Positions 20,811 to 31,220 of a stretch of DNA of 64,000 nt are shown piece by piece. Origin of the DNA: an uncultured Actinomycetes bacterium (GTDB lineage: Bacteria; Actinomycetota; UBA4738; HRBIN12); the NCBI GenBank assembly GCA_963785835.1, contig CAWAWO010000002.1:624867-688866 (forward strand). The letters are read 5' to 3'. Each line of letters starts with the position of its first letter. Within the stretch, counting starts at the first letter, position 1. The translations under genes and the position numbers were made by a program. The notes under the pieces were generated by a model, which did not search any database, had not been told where the DNA came from, and saw only the letters and a list, made by a program, of their open reading frames with translations.

Positions 20811-22070
20811 CTACGGCGGAGGAACTCCAGCCGCTCCCCGGTCCCGCCGGGCCTCGAACAGCTCGACCGCGCTCGTCAACCCCTTGAGCTGGATCGCCCC
20901 CATGCTCGCGAACGCGATGTCGGGCGCCGAGGTCAGCTCGCGGACGCGCGGGCTCACCAGCACCTGGCCGCCCGCGGCCCGATCCGAGATCCGGGACGCG
21001 AGGTTCACGGTCCGACCGTAGAAGTCGCCGCCCTGTTGGATCACCGGCCCGGCCGCTACGCCGACGTGCGCGGGGGGCAGGCCGGCCGCCGGGATCGCCT
21101 CCACCATGTCGAGCGACGACAGCACGGCGCCCTCGGGATCACGGAAGCGGAACATGACGCCGTCGCCCACCCACTTCACCGCTTCGCCGCGATACTCGCG
21201 CGAAGGTCGCTGGACGATGTCGGCCAACGTGCCCGCGAGCGCCGCTGCCTGCGCGTCGCCGCGCTCCTCCGTGAGCTGGGTGTAGCCGGCGAGGTCGAGG
21301 AAGGCGAACGCCGTCGGCGGGCCCGGAGCGAGGTCGACGCCGGCGTCGTCCAGCGCCTGCTCGACGTGCTCGATCTGGTGCTCGGTCCAGGTGATCTCCT
21401 GCTGACGCCGGTACGTCGACACGACGGTCTCTTCGAGCAGGTCGATCAGCGGCTCGGTCGTCCTGCCGGCGAGGGCCAATGCCTCGCTCTCGCTCATCCC
21501 CGAATGCAGGAGCGGCATCTCCACACCCGAGTGATAGATCTCGGTCTGGACGGCGGCGATCCTGCGCAACGCCTCCACATGGACGGCGCCGAATCGCGAG
21601 GCGGCCTGCAGGTCGAGGATCCCGAGCGACATGGCCTGCCCGATCAGGTGGGCGATGGGCTGCTCGGTCTCCATGACGATGTCGTCGGCGTCCAGACTCG
21701 AGAACCCGAACGCCTCGAGGACGCGGTGCAGGGACTCGAGGGGGACCCCGGTCTCCTCCGCGAGCTCCCGGTGCGTCTGATTTTCGCCGCCTCCCCCGCG
21801 CTCGAACGGCCACGTGTCGACGAACGCGTACGACAGCAGGCCCTTGCGGATCGCCTCGGCCATCCCGGCCATGGGCAGCCCGCCGTCCTCGCACGCGCGC
21901 GCGACGCGCACCTTCAGGATGTCTGCGGTTCGAAACGGCGGGTCCTCGTCTCGCGGCACGACAACGCTGTGGTCGATTAGCCGCTGGATCTCGGCCTCGG
22001 ATACGCCGGCGCGGATGGCCAGCTGCGACTTCGTGAGCTCGTCGGATCGGTTCGGCGATGCGGTCGACAT
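20811..22070 (-). CDS. class III adenylate/guanylate cyclase with an N-terminal MerR-like HTH region
   Basis: The C-terminal CYCc block reads FAFLDLAGYTQLTEERGD...KWVGDGVMFRF...GDFYGRTVNLASRI. The N-terminus LTKSQLAIRAGVSEAEIQRLI looks like an HTH. I prefer the start at ATG 22068-22070 (MSTASP). The track ORF extends to 22163 across the tRNA relic. Confidence 0.8.
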   Translation of the reverse strand: MSTASPNRSDELTKSQLAIRAGVSEAEIQRLIDHSVVVPRDEDPPFRTADILKVRVARACEDGGLPMAGMAEAIRKGLLSYAFVDTWPFERGGGGENQTHRELAEETGVPLESLHRVLEAFGFSSLDADDIVMETEQPIAHLIGQAMSLGILDLQAASRFGAVHVEALRRIAAVQTEIYHSGVEMPLLHSGMSESEALALAGRTTEPLIDLLEETVVSTYRRQQEITWTEHQIEHVEQALDDAGVDLAPGPPTAFAFLDLAGYTQLTEERGDAQAAALAGTLADIVQRPSREYRGEAVKWVGDGVMFRFRDPEGAVLSSLDMVEAIPAAGLPPAHVGVAAGPVIQQGGDFYGRTVNLASRISDRAAGGQVLVSPRVRELTSAPDIAFASMGAIQLKGLTSAVELFEARRDRGAAGVPPP

Positions 22071-22093
22071 GCCCCGCATCGTACGCGTCGCTT

Positions 22094-22162
22094 GGGCCAC
22101 GGCGCCTCGGCCGAGCCAGTCGCTTGCAGCAAGAAGGTCAAGGTTCGGATCCCTTGGGTCCA
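22094..22162 (+). repeat. decayed tRNA-Ala-like copy; its 3' 37 nt (22126-22162) repeat the 3' half of the tRNA at 20648-20686
   Basis: GCAGCAAGAAGGTCAAGGTTCGGATCCCTTGGGTCCA aligns to GCAGCCAGAAGGTCAGGGGTTCGAATCCCCTTGGGTCCA at about 88% identity with 2 gaps. The 5' part (GGGCCAC...CTTGCAG loop, TGC anticodon-like) aligns weakly, and the acceptor and anticodon stems no longer pair. Confidence 0.55.
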
Positions 22163-22411
22163 CGAGGGATCCGCGAAGCCTCCGATCTCAGCACGGCTCA
22201 CACAGTCTTGGTCGTCGCAGCCAGCCGCGCTCTACCTGGGCGGATGTTCTTGTTGTGGTGGAAGGCGTTGTTCGAGCCTTCCCCACCTGGAACGCGCGCA
22301 GCGCATTCGCCCACATCAAGCCCGCCGGGCCACGTCCTGTTCGGGCGACGGCCTGATCGTACTCAGCGGCGCACTTGACGGTCCGGCCCGGAGCGGGAGA
22401 CAAAGGAGTCG

Positions 22412-23173
22412 ATGACCCTCGACGATCGCATCGACGAGCTGTACGGGCTGCCCCTGGACCGGTTCACCCCCGAGCGGGACGCGCTGGCCAAGGAGCTCTC
22501 GGCGGACGGGGACCGCGAGGGTACCGCGCGGGTGAAGGCGCTCCGCAAGCCCGTCGTGTCGATGTGGGCGTTAAACGTCCTGCGCCGGGAGGAGCCGGAG
22601 AAGATCGATGAGCTGATCGAGCTCGGATCGCGGCTGCGCGACGCGCATCGTCGCGCCGTCTCAGGAGGCGACGTCGAACCGTTCCGCGAGGCCTCCGACG
22701 AGCGCCGGCGGATCGTGTCGTCCCTGACGCGGAGCGCGGGAAAGATCCTCGAGCGAGCCGGTGCGGGTTCGGGATCGCAGGCCGACGACGTGGCCGGCAC
22801 GCTCGAGGCCGCGACCGTGGACGAGGAAACCGCTGAGCTGCTTCGGAGCGGCCGTCTCACCAAGCCGGTCCGCCCGCCGGCCGACTTCGCCGGGGGAGCG
22901 CTCCGGGTCGTCGAGGGTGGCCGCAAGACCAAGCGCGAGCCCGAGCCCGCTTCGAAACCGGATGCCTCCAAGCTCCGTCGCGAGCTCTCTGCCGCCGAGA
23001 CCCGTGAGCGCCGCGCGAGCCAGGCGGTGGATCGCGAGCGTGCGCGGCTGGACGAGCTCGATCGCAAGCGCTCCGAGGCTCGCGAACGGCTCCGCGCCGC
23101 GGAGGCCGAGCTCCGAGGAGCCTCGCTCCAGCGCAAACGGCTCGAGTCGGCGGTGGCGAAGCTCGGGTCCTGA
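22412..23173 (+). CDS. hypothetical protein with a coiled-coil C-terminus
   Basis: 253-aa ORF. RBS AAAGGAG lies upstream of ATG 22412 and third-position GC is high. The C-terminal Arg/Glu-rich heptad-like stretch (RERRASQAVDRERARLDELDRKRSEARERLRAAEAELR) suggests a coiled coil. No family recognised. Confidence 0.6.
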   Translation: MTLDDRIDELYGLPLDRFTPERDALAKELSADGDREGTARVKALRKPVVSMWALNVLRREEPEKIDELIELGSRLRDAHRRAVSGGDVEPFREASDERRRIVSSLTRSAGKILERAGAGSGSQADDVAGTLEAATVDEETAELLRSGRLTKPVRPPADFAGGALRVVEGGRKTKREPEPASKPDASKLRRELSAAETRERRASQAVDRERARLDELDRKRSEARERLRAAEAELRGASLQRKRLESAVAKLGS

Positions 23174-23235
23174 CGAGATCGCGGTAGCCCGGTCTTACCG
23201 GTCCGACGAGAGGCGTTCGGTAGCATCTGCGAACC

Positions 23236-25683
23236 ATGCGTGCGTACGACGCGTCCGAGATCGAACCGAAGTGGGCGGATCGATGGGAGGCCGAGGGTCT
23301 GTACCGGGCCTCGGAGGATCCGAACGATCCGAGGCCGCGCTTCTACGCGCTCGACATGTTCTCGTACCCGTCGGGCGACCTCCACATGGGTCACGCGGAG
23401 GCGTTCAGCGGTGGTGACGCGGTCGCGCGGTTCGCCACGATGCGGGGGCACAACGTCCTGCACCCGATCGGGTGGGACGCGTTCGGCCTCCCCGCCGAGA
23501 ACGCCGCGATCAAGCGAGGCATGCATCCGAAGGAATGGACGTACGCCAACATCGAGCAGCAGGCGCGTTCGTTCCGGCGGATGGGGATGTCGTTCGACTG
23601 GTCCCGACGGCTGAACACCTGCGATCCCGAGTACTACCGATGGACGCAGTGGTTCTTCCTCCGGCTGTTCGAACGCAGCCTCGCGTACCGGAAGAACGCG
23701 CCGACCAACTGGTGCCCGAAAGACGCCACGGTCCTGGCCAACGAGCAGGTGATCAACGGCGCGTGCGAGCGATGCGGCACGGCGGTCGTCCGCAAGGACC
23801 TCACGCAGTGGTTCTTCAAGATCACGGACTACGCGCAGCGGCTGCTCGACGATGCCGACACGCTGGTCGAATGGCCCGAGCGCGTGCTCACGATGCAGCG
23901 CAACTGGATCGGCCGGTCCGAGGGCGCGAGCGTCACGTTCGAGATCGCCGAGACCGGCGACCCCGTCGAGGTCTTCACGACGCGGCCGGACACGTTGTGG
24001 GGCGTCACGTTCTTCGTGTTCGCACTCGAGCACCCGCTCGTGATGAAACTGGCCGAGGCGGGAGGAACCACGTCCGAGGCCCGGGCGATGCTCGACGAGC
24101 TGCAGGCCACGCCGCTCACGAACCGCGAGCAGGCGGAGAGCCGCGAGGGCGTGCGCCTCGGCGTCCACGTCGTCAACCCGGTGAACGGGGAGAAGGTCCC
24201 CGTGTTCGTCGCGCCGTACGTGCTCATGGAGTACGGGACCGGCGCCGTCATGGGGGTCCCGGCGCACGATCAGCGCGATTTCGAGTTCGCCCGCCACATC
24301 GGCCTGCCGATCCGCGTGGTGGTGCAGCCCCAGGGGGAGGCGCGGGACGCGGAGACGATGACCGAGGCGTACGACCACGAGGGCGTGATGGTGAACTCGG
24401 GGCCGTTCGACGGCGTCCGGTCGCCCGAGTCGATCGCCCAGGTCACCGAGTGGCTCGAGGAACAGGGCAAGGGCCGGGCGGCCGTGACCTACCGGTTGCG
24501 CGACTGGCTCATCAGCCGGCAGCGGTACTGGGGCGCGCCGATCCCGATCGTGCACTGCCCGGAGCACGGGGAGGTCGCGGTGCCCGACGACCAGTTGCCG
24601 GTCGAGCTTCCGGAGGACGTGGACTTCCGCCCCGGCGGCGAGTCGCCGCTCGCGCGCCACGAGGCATTCGTGAACACGGTCTGTCCGACGTGCGGGAAGG
24701 CTGCGAAGCGCGACACCGACACGATGGACACGTTCGTCGACTCCTCCTGGTACTACTTCCGCTACTGCTCGCCGAACGACGACGACCGGCCGTTCGCCCC
24801 CGAGATGGTGGCGAGGTGGATGCCGGTCGATCAGTACATCGGCGGCGTCGAGCACGCGATCCTGCACCTGCTCTACTGCCGGTTCTTCACGAAGGTCCTG
24901 TTCGACATGGGCCTCGTCGAGTTCTCCGAGCCGATGCTGCGGCTGATGAACCAGGGCCAGGTGATCTTCGGCGGCGCGTCGATGAGCAAGTCGCTCGGCA
25001 ACATCGTCGAGCCGATGCCGATCGTCGAGCGGTGGGGTTCGGACACCGTGCGGCTCGCGATCCTGTTCGCCGGTCCGTTCGAGGACGACATCGACTGGAA
25101 GACGATCGCCCCGGATCCCGGACGGCGCCCGGGCGTGACCGCCTGGCTCGGCCGCGTGTTCGCCGCGGTCTCCGACGCCACGGAGCGGGACGAACCCGAT
25201 CCCGAGTCGTTGCGACGCATCACGCACCGGACGATCCGAGGCGTGACCGGCGACATGCAGCGGTTCCGCTTCAACGTGGCGATCAGCAAGCTCCAGGTGT
25301 TGACGAACGAGATGCGTTCGACGCTGGACGCCGGCGGCGGCGCCCGGGACGCGGCCACAGCGCTCGCCCTGCTCCTGGCGCCGCTCGCGCCGTTCGCGGC
25401 CGAGGAGCTCTGGCGGGAGATCCTCGGCAACGACTCGAGCGTGCACATCGCGTCCTGGCCGGCGTTCGACGAGGAGCTGGCCCGGGAGGAGCGCGTCACG
25501 CTGGTCATCCAGGTCGACGGCAAGGTCCGCGACCGGATCGAGGTCGATGCGGACGCCGGGGACGACGACTGCCGCGAGCTCGCGCTCGGCTCCGAGAGGG
25601 CGGTGCGTGCGATCGACGGCCGCGAGATCCGCCAGGTGATCGTTCGACCGCCGCGCCTGGTCAACGTCGTCACGGCGGGCTGA
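23236..25683 (+). CDS. leuS: leucyl-tRNA synthetase
   Basis: 815 aa with class I motifs HMGHAE (HIGH) and SMSKSLGN (KMSKS), plus CP1 editing domain sequence. Confidence 0.95.
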   Translation: MRAYDASEIEPKWADRWEAEGLYRASEDPNDPRPRFYALDMFSYPSGDLHMGHAEAFSGGDAVARFATMRGHNVLHPIGWDAFGLPAENAAIKRGMHPKEWTYANIEQQARSFRRMGMSFDWSRRLNTCDPEYYRWTQWFFLRLFERSLAYRKNAPTNWCPKDATVLANEQVINGACERCGTAVVRKDLTQWFFKITDYAQRLLDDADTLVEWPERVLTMQRNWIGRSEGASVTFEIAETGDPVEVFTTRPDTLWGVTFFVFALEHPLVMKLAEAGGTTSEARAMLDELQATPLTNREQAESREGVRLGVHVVNPVNGEKVPVFVAPYVLMEYGTGAVMGVPAHDQRDFEFARHIGLPIRVVVQPQGEARDAETMTEAYDHEGVMVNSGPFDGVRSPESIAQVTEWLEEQGKGRAAVTYRLRDWLISRQRYWGAPIPIVHCPEHGEVAVPDDQLPVELPEDVDFRPGGESPLARHEAFVNTVCPTCGKAAKRDTDTMDTFVDSSWYYFRYCSPNDDDRPFAPEMVARWMPVDQYIGGVEHAILHLLYCRFFTKVLFDMGLVEFSEPMLRLMNQGQVIFGGASMSKSLGNIVEPMPIVERWGSDTVRLAILFAGPFEDDIDWKTIAPDPGRRPGVTAWLGRVFAAVSDATERDEPDPESLRRITHRTIRGVTGDMQRFRFNVAISKLQVLTNEMRSTLDAGGGARDAATALALLLAPLAPFAAEELWREILGNDSSVHIASWPAFDEELAREERVTLVIQVDGKVRDRIEVDADAGDDDCRELALGSERAVRAIDGREIRQVIVRPPRLVNVVTAG

Positions 25684-25713
25684 GCAGCCACCACGGACCG
25701 GTGCCCGCCCGGT

Positions 25714-27204
25714 GTGAAGTTCCTCAACGTCTGCGGGCACGCGGTCGATACCTGGAACAGGGCGGGCGCCAGCTTGCCTCCAGGGGTTCCGATGAGCTGG
25801 AAGGCGACCGGTCAGGCTCCCTCGCCGATCGAGGCGAGGATGCGCAGGTCCGCTGTTCGGACCGAGCGGTCGATCGCGCTGCTGCGGATCACGGTCCTGT
25901 CGGCCGTGATCGCCGTGGCCCTCGGCTCCAGCGGGATCGACCGGTCGCTCGGTCTCCCCGAGGGCGTGGTGCTCCTGCTCGCATTCGTCTACGCGTTCGC
26001 CTGCCTCTTCGTCTCGGCGAGCGACGAAGGCGTCACGCTCAAGATCCTGCTCGCGACGCTGCTGATCGACGTCGGTCTCATCACGCTGTGGATCTCGGCG
26101 ACCGGCGGAGCCCGAAGTGACTTCTGGGCCCTCTACCTGATCGTCGTCGTCTCGGTCGGCCTGCGGTTCGGACGGCTCGAGACGATCGGCGCCGCGATCG
26201 GGCTCGCGTTGCTGTACGCCGCGGCGCTGATGGGGGGCGAGGTGAGCGAGGGGGCGATGCTGTACCGGCCCACGCTGCTCGTCCTCGCGGGGATCGCCGT
26301 CGGTGTCCTGACCCACCACCTGACCGTGCAGCGCCGCGAACGTCTCGCCGCGACGGTGGTCGCGGAGTCGGCCGCCCGGGCGCTCGGCGAGGAGCGCCTG
26401 GAGGTCGAGCGCCTGCGCCGTGTGGACCTCGCGCGGTCGGAGTACGTGGCGGTCGCCGCCCACGAGCTCCGAACGCCGCTCGCCGCGATCCTGGGCGTGC
26501 TGGCCACGCTGAAGAGCCACGGTTCGGTGCTCGAGATCACGGTGCGGGACGAGCTGATCGACGGGGCGACCGATCAGACCGAGCGGCTGTCGAGGCTCGT
26601 CGAGGAGCTGCTCACGCTGTCGCGGATCGAGGACGGCGTGCTGCGGATGTCGTTGGTCTCGGCGGATGCCGGCGAGCTCGTCAGCGAGGCGGCGCGCGCG
26701 TCCTCGACGGCGGATCGGCTCACCGTGGAGATCGACGGCGACGGAACCGTCGTGTGCGACGTGGACGCCGTGATCCGCGTCCTTACCAACCTGCTCGACA
26801 ACGCGCGGAAGTACTCGCCGCCCGGAGCCCCGATCACGCTCGCGGTCTCCGAGGAGGCCGACCGGATCCGCTTCGCGGTGCGCGACGTCGGACCGGGGAT
26901 CTCCGCGAGCGAGCGGGACGCCATCTTCGAACGCTTCCGGCGGGGTGGGACGGGCACGCCGGGTTCGGGTCTCGGGCTGTACATCTCGCGCGGGCTCGTT
27001 CAGGCGCACGGCGGTGAGCTCTCGGTTCAGGAGGTCGAGGGGCGAGGCTCGGAGTTCTCGTTCTGGCTCCCGCGGGCAGCGCCGGGCGAGCGGGTCGTGC
27101 CGGTCGGGGGTTCGGGCTCCGTCGATCCGCACGCGGCTCCGGTCGACGCTGCTCTCGGCGTCGATGTGACGCAGCTCACGGTTCCGGCCGGCGAGCCTCA
27201 CTAG
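25714..27204 (+). CDS. membrane sensor histidine kinase with no adjacent response regulator
   Basis: About 6 TM segments, H-box AAHELRTPLAAILG, N-box LLDNARKY, G-boxes DVGPGI and GSGLGL. The start is uncertain (GTG 25714, ATG 25792 or ATG 25840). Confidence 0.85.
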   Translation: MKFLNVCGHAVDTWNRAGASLPPGVPMSWKATGQAPSPIEARMRRSAVRTERSIALLRITVLSAVIAVALGSSGIDRSLGLPEGVVLLLAFVYAFACLFVSASDEGVTLKILLATLLIDVGLITLWISATGGARSDFWALYLIVVVSVGLRFGRLETIGAAIGLALLYAAALMGGEVSEGAMLYRPTLLVLAGIAVGVLTHHLTVQRRERLAATVVAESAARALGEERLEVERLRRVDLARSEYVAVAAHELRTPLAAILGVLATLKSHGSVLEITVRDELIDGATDQTERLSRLVEELLTLSRIEDGVLRMSLVSADAGELVSEAARASSTADRLTVEIDGDGTVVCDVDAVIRVLTNLLDNARKYSPPGAPITLAVSEEADRIRFAVRDVGPGISASERDAIFERFRRGGTGTPGSGLGLYISRGLVQAHGGELSVQEVEGRGSEFSFWLPRAAPGERVVPVGGSGSVDPHAAPVDAALGVDVTQLTVPAGEPH

Positions 27205-27249
27205 GCTCGACCTCCCTCGCGCCTCCCCCGGTACACGGGAGGCAGCCGC

Positions 27250-27880
27250 ATGGCCGGGTGGAACGATCCGCGAACGTCTGTCCGCGCTTTCGCGGGCCGA
27301 GCTCGTCGGCCTCGTCGCCGTCCTGCTAGTCACGCTCGGGGGCGCGGGCTTCTGGTACGTGCGGTCGCTGCCTCGGCCGGTCGACGTCACGAGCGCCACC
27401 GCGGACAGCGGTGCCACCGAGGGCTCCGGCTCGGAGGCGAGCGCGTCGCCGGCGGTCGTGCTGATCGTGGACGTCGCCGGCTGGGTCCGTCAGCCCGGCG
27501 TGTACGAGTTCACCGGCGGGGCCCGCGTGATCGACGCGATCGAGGCCGCGGGCGGCGCCCGACCGGGAGCGCAGCTCGAGTCGCTGAACCTCGCGGCTCC
27601 TCTCGTCGACGGCACCCAGGTGCTCGTCGTCCGCGAGGGAGCGGAGGTTCCGGCGCCCACCGGGGGTGAAGGAGGTGTCGTCGCGGGCGGCCTCGTCAAC
27701 GTCAACACGGCGACCGCCACCGAACTGGAGACGCTCCCCGACATCGGCGAGGTCACCGCGCAAGCGATCATCGATCACCGGACGGAGAACGGACCGTTCA
27801 CCTCCGTCGACCAACTGCTCGACGTGAGCGGGATCGGCGACGTGACGCTCGAGAACATCCGGGAGCTCGTCACCGTGTGA
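27250..27880 (+). pseudogene. comEA: ComEA-type helix-hairpin-helix DNA receptor, probable +1 insertion near 27257
   Basis: The C-terminal HhH block reads VNVNTATATELETLPDIGEVTAQAIIDHRTENGPFTSVDQLLDVSGIG. The TM helix (RERLSALSRAELVGLVAVLLVTLGGAGFWY) is in frame upstream of GTG 27359 but has no start codon. ATG 27250 is one frame off. Removing one G from CCGGGTGG gives MAGGTIRERLSAL. Confidence 0.7.
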
Positions 27881-30264
27881 GCTCTTGGATCCTTCCCGGC
27901 ATCGCGTCGGCCATGTGGACCGGCCTGCTGGTGCGGCCGTTCGTCGGCGAGGCGGTCTCCGTCGCCGTATGGGTCGCCGCGGGTGCCCTCGGCCTGGCGC
28001 TCTCGGTGGCGATCGCGGAGCCGGGCCGCGACGGCGGGCGAGATGTACTCGAGCGCGTGGGCCTGACGTCCCCGGAGGGCTCGACCGCGCATGTCGCCGC
28101 ACCTCGCCCGAACAGCTCGAGACCGTCGTGGCCTGCGGCTGCGCTCGCGCTGCTCGCGACCCTCGCCCTCGCGATCGGGTGGGGGAGCGCGCACCAACAC
28201 CGCATCCAGGACGCGCTCGTGGCCAGACTCGCGCCGGCCGCCGTCGAGGTCGAGGGATCGCTGCGCGTCGACCCGAAGGCGGACGCCGACCGCTGGTCGG
28301 CGGTGCTCGATGTGAGGCTCGTCCGGTGGTCGGAACGGGCGTCCGCGGTCCATGAGTCCGTCTGGCTCTCAGGACGCGACGAACCGCCCGAAGCGGTGCG
28401 CGGGGACCGCCTCCGGGTTTCCGGAACGCTCGGGGTACCCGAGGACGCCGGCTTCGCCGGTTTCCTTTCTCGACGGGGCATCGCCGCGGAGCTCCGCGTC
28501 TCCGAGTTCGAACGGCTCGGCCCGGCCGCCTTCGCGCCGATCCGGTGGGCTCAATCCGTCCGTTCGCTGATCGGTCGGTCGATCCTCGCGTCGTTCCCGC
28601 CCCGCGAAGCCGGCCTGCTGCTCGGCCTGGCCGTGGGGGACGATTCGAGGCTGGACCCGGTCGTCGAGCGCGACTTCCGGGCGAGCGGTCTGTCCCACCT
28701 GCTCGTCGTATCCGGCGGCAACGTCGCGATGGTCCTCGCGCCGGTGCTCGCGCTCGGTGCCGTGCTCCGGCTCTCGCGATGGCCGCGCTTCGCGCTCGGG
28801 GTCGGGATCACCGCGTTCTTCGTCGTGCTGACCGGAGCGGAGCCCTCGGTGATGCGCGCCGGCGTGATGGCGGGCCTCGCGCTGGTCGGCGTCCTGCTGG
28901 GCCGGCCACGGAGCGCCGCCTCGATCTTGTCGGCCGCGGTCGTCGGGTTGCTCGCGCTGGACCCGACGCTCGTGTGGTCCGTTGGCTTCCAGCTCTCGGT
29001 CGCGGCCACGGGCGGGATGATCGCGCTCGCCACGCCGATCGCCGAGCGCATCGGGTTCCTTCCGCGCCCCGTCGCGATGGCCACCGGCGCGACGCTCGCA
29101 GCGCAGATCGGCGTGACGCCGGTCCTGCTCTTCTACTTCCACGAGGTTCCGCTGTCGACGGTGGTCGCCAACGTGCTCGCGTTCCCGGCCGTCGCTCCCG
29201 CGTTGCTGCTCGGGCTCGTCGCCGCGGGGGCCGGCCTGATCGCCGAACCCGCAGGGGATGCGATCGCGGTCCTCGCGCTCGTTCCGATGCGCTACCTGGT
29301 GGCGGTCGCGGACCGGCTCGCGAGCGCTCCGCTGCCGTGGATCACCGGAGGCGGCGGCGTGACGCTCGTCGTCGGCATGGTCGTCGCGCTCGCGCTGACC
29401 TGGTGGCTGCGCAGCGAGCGGCGCGTGTCGCGGACGGCGCTCCTGCTCTGCCTCGCGGTCGCGCCTCTCCTCGTGTGGACGAACGCGATCTGGGCGGGCG
29501 CGCCCTCATCGCTCACCGTCCGGTTCTTCGACATCGGCCAGGGCGATGCAGCGCTCCTCACCTCGCCCGGCGGAGCATCGGTCCTCGTCGACGGAGGGCC
29601 CGACCCGGCGCTGGTCGCCACCGAGCTGTCGGCGCTCGGGGTTCGGCGGCTCGACGTCGTTGTGGCCACCCACCCGCACGCCGATCACATCGTCGGGTTG
29701 CCGGCCGTGCTCGCTCGGATCCCGGTCGGCGTGCTGCTCGAACCCGGGTGCGCAGCGGACTCGCTCGATCTCGAGACGCTGCTTTCGGCGGCGCGGGCCG
29801 AGGGTGTGCCCGTTCGCCACCCTCGCGCCGGCCAGACGCTGACGGTGGGCGACCTGCGACTCGAGGTGCTCGCGCCCGAGAGCTGCTGGGACGGCACCGA
29901 GTCCGACCCGAACAACGACTCGCTCGTGATCCTCGCCTCGATCGGTGAGGACACCGTGCTCCTCACGGGCGATGCCGAGCAGTCCGCGCAGGAGCTGCTG
30001 CTCGAACACCCCGACGCGCTGGTTGCGGACGTTCTGAAGGTCCCGCATCACGGCGGCTCGACCTCGCTCCCCGAGTTCTTCCAGGCCGTCCGTGCGGAGG
30101 TCTGCGTGGTGAGCGCCGGCCAGCCGAACCCGTACGGCCACCCGACGCCCGAGGCGCTCGCGTGGCTCCGCGATGCGGGATGCGCGATCGTCCGAACCGA
30201 CCGCCTCGGCGACGTGATCCTCGGGTTCGAGCGCGGGAGCCCTGTCGTAGCATCGGCGGCGTGA
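27877..30264 (+). CDS. comEC: ComEC/Rec2 DNA internalisation channel with a C-terminal metallo-beta-lactamase domain
   Basis: 795 aa, polytopic Competence domain plus MBL motif ATHPHADH. GTG 27877 overlaps the comEA stop. Confidence 0.9.
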   Translation: MSSWILPGIASAMWTGLLVRPFVGEAVSVAVWVAAGALGLALSVAIAEPGRDGGRDVLERVGLTSPEGSTAHVAAPRPNSSRPSWPAAALALLATLALAIGWGSAHQHRIQDALVARLAPAAVEVEGSLRVDPKADADRWSAVLDVRLVRWSERASAVHESVWLSGRDEPPEAVRGDRLRVSGTLGVPEDAGFAGFLSRRGIAAELRVSEFERLGPAAFAPIRWAQSVRSLIGRSILASFPPREAGLLLGLAVGDDSRLDPVVERDFRASGLSHLLVVSGGNVAMVLAPVLALGAVLRLSRWPRFALGVGITAFFVVLTGAEPSVMRAGVMAGLALVGVLLGRPRSAASILSAAVVGLLALDPTLVWSVGFQLSVAATGGMIALATPIAERIGFLPRPVAMATGATLAAQIGVTPVLLFYFHEVPLSTVVANVLAFPAVAPALLLGLVAAGAGLIAEPAGDAIAVLALVPMRYLVAVADRLASAPLPWITGGGGVTLVVGMVVALALTWWLRSERRVSRTALLLCLAVAPLLVWTNAIWAGAPSSLTVRFFDIGQGDAALLTSPGGASVLVDGGPDPALVATELSALGVRRLDVVVATHPHADHIVGLPAVLARIPVGVLLEPGCAADSLDLETLLSAARAEGVPVRHPRAGQTLTVGDLRLEVLAPESCWDGTESDPNNDSLVILASIGEDTVLLTGDAEQSAQELLLEHPDALVADVLKVPHHGGSTSLPEFFQAVRAEVCVVSAGQPNPYGHPTPEALAWLRDAGCAIVRTDRLGDVILGFERGSPVVASAA

Positions 30265-31220
30265 CGCCGTCCTCGACACCGGGATTACCGGTCCGTCTGC
30301 TCTGGGGAGAGGACGCGTTCCTGTTGCGCGAGGCGGCGCTCGAGGTCCTCGGCGACCTGCGTCCGCGCGAGATCGAGGGCGCGGACTGGGCGGGCGGTGA
30401 GACCGCGGACCTCGTGACCCCGTCGCTGTTCGGCGAGCGACGCGCGCTGCTGATCTCCAACGCGAAGGCCCTGCCCGACGAGGGGATGAAGGAGCTCGCC
30501 CGGTACCTGGAGGCTCCGGATCCCGAGGCCCCGCTCCTGCTGCTCGCCACGGTGGGCGAGCGAGCGAAGGCGCCGGCCGCGCTCGTCAAGGTGATCAAGC
30601 CGGTAGGGACGATCACCGAGGTCAAGATGCAGCGCAAGGATCTGCCGGCCTGGCTGCAGCGGCGCGCGCGGGCCAAGCAGTTGGATCTCGCGTCGGACGG
30701 AGCGGCCGCGCTCGTCGAGCGGATGGGGCAGGATCCGGGAGCGCTCGACCAGTCGCTCGATCAGCTCGCGGCGGCGTTCCCCGGCGAACGGATCACCTCG
30801 GCCATCGTCTCACGACAGTTCCGCGGCCTCGGCGAGCAGCAGGTCTGGGACCTCTGCGACCGGGCGTTCGGCCGGGACCTGCCGGGAGCGATGCGGTCGC
30901 TCAGAACGCTCCTCGAAAGCAACGAGGCGGGCCTGCTGATCCTCGGGAGCATCACGGCGCGGCTCCGCGACCTGATCCGGGTGAAGTCGCTGCCCGAACG
31001 GCTCCCGCCCGCCGAGCTCGCGAGGCAGGCAGGGCTCCGGTTCGACTGGCAGGCGCGGCGCTACCGAGAGATGGCGGCCCGCTTCACACCCGAGGAGCTG
31101 GTCGAGATCCACGAGCGCGTGACCTGGGCCGACCGCGCGCTGAAATCGGGCGCGACGGACGACGTCGTGCTTCCACTCGTGGTGACGGCGATCGCCGGGG
31201 AGCCGGCTCCGGTCGCTTAG
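30261..31220 (+). CDS. holA: DNA polymerase III delta subunit
   Basis: GTG 30261 overlaps the comEC stop (GTGA). The 319-aa product starts VTPSSTPGLPVRLLWGEDAFLL. It occupies the conserved comEC-holA-rpsT position. The track ORF start at 30162 is an in-frame extension inside comEC. Confidence 0.85.
   Translation: MTPSSTPGLPVRLLWGEDAFLLREAALEVLGDLRPREIEGADWAGGETADLVTPSLFGERRALLISNAKALPDEGMKELARYLEAPDPEAPLLLLATVGERAKAPAALVKVIKPVGTITEVKMQRKDLPAWLQRRARAKQLDLASDGAAALVERMGQDPGALDQSLDQLAAAFPGERITSAIVSRQFRGLGEQQVWDLCDRAFGRDLPGAMRSLRTLLESNEAGLLILGSITARLRDLIRVKSLPERLPPAELARQAGLRFDWQARRYREMAARFTPEELVEIHERVTWADRALKSGATDDVVLPLVVTAIAGEPAPVA

Noticed and set aside
20614-22173. Calling an integrated prophage or genomic island at tRNA-Ala.
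   Set aside because: Only about 1.45 kb with a single cyclase gene lies between the repeats, and there is no integrase, excisionase or phage gene. I report it as an att-like scar or dead tRNA, not as a mobile element.
23174-23235. A T-box or other riboswitch leader ahead of leuS, and likewise ahead of glyQS at 50926-50969.
   Set aside because: These intergenic regions are about 60 nt or less, too short for a T-box (about 200 nt or more), and no specifier or antiterminator elements are visible.
22363-27417. A 1684-aa ORF on the minus strand spanning leuS and the histidine kinase.
   Set aside because: It is antisense to two strongly conserved genes and is Arg/Pro/Gly/Asp-rich with no recognisable domains. 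This is a typical shadow ORF of very GC-rich DNA, where stop codons are rare in all frames.
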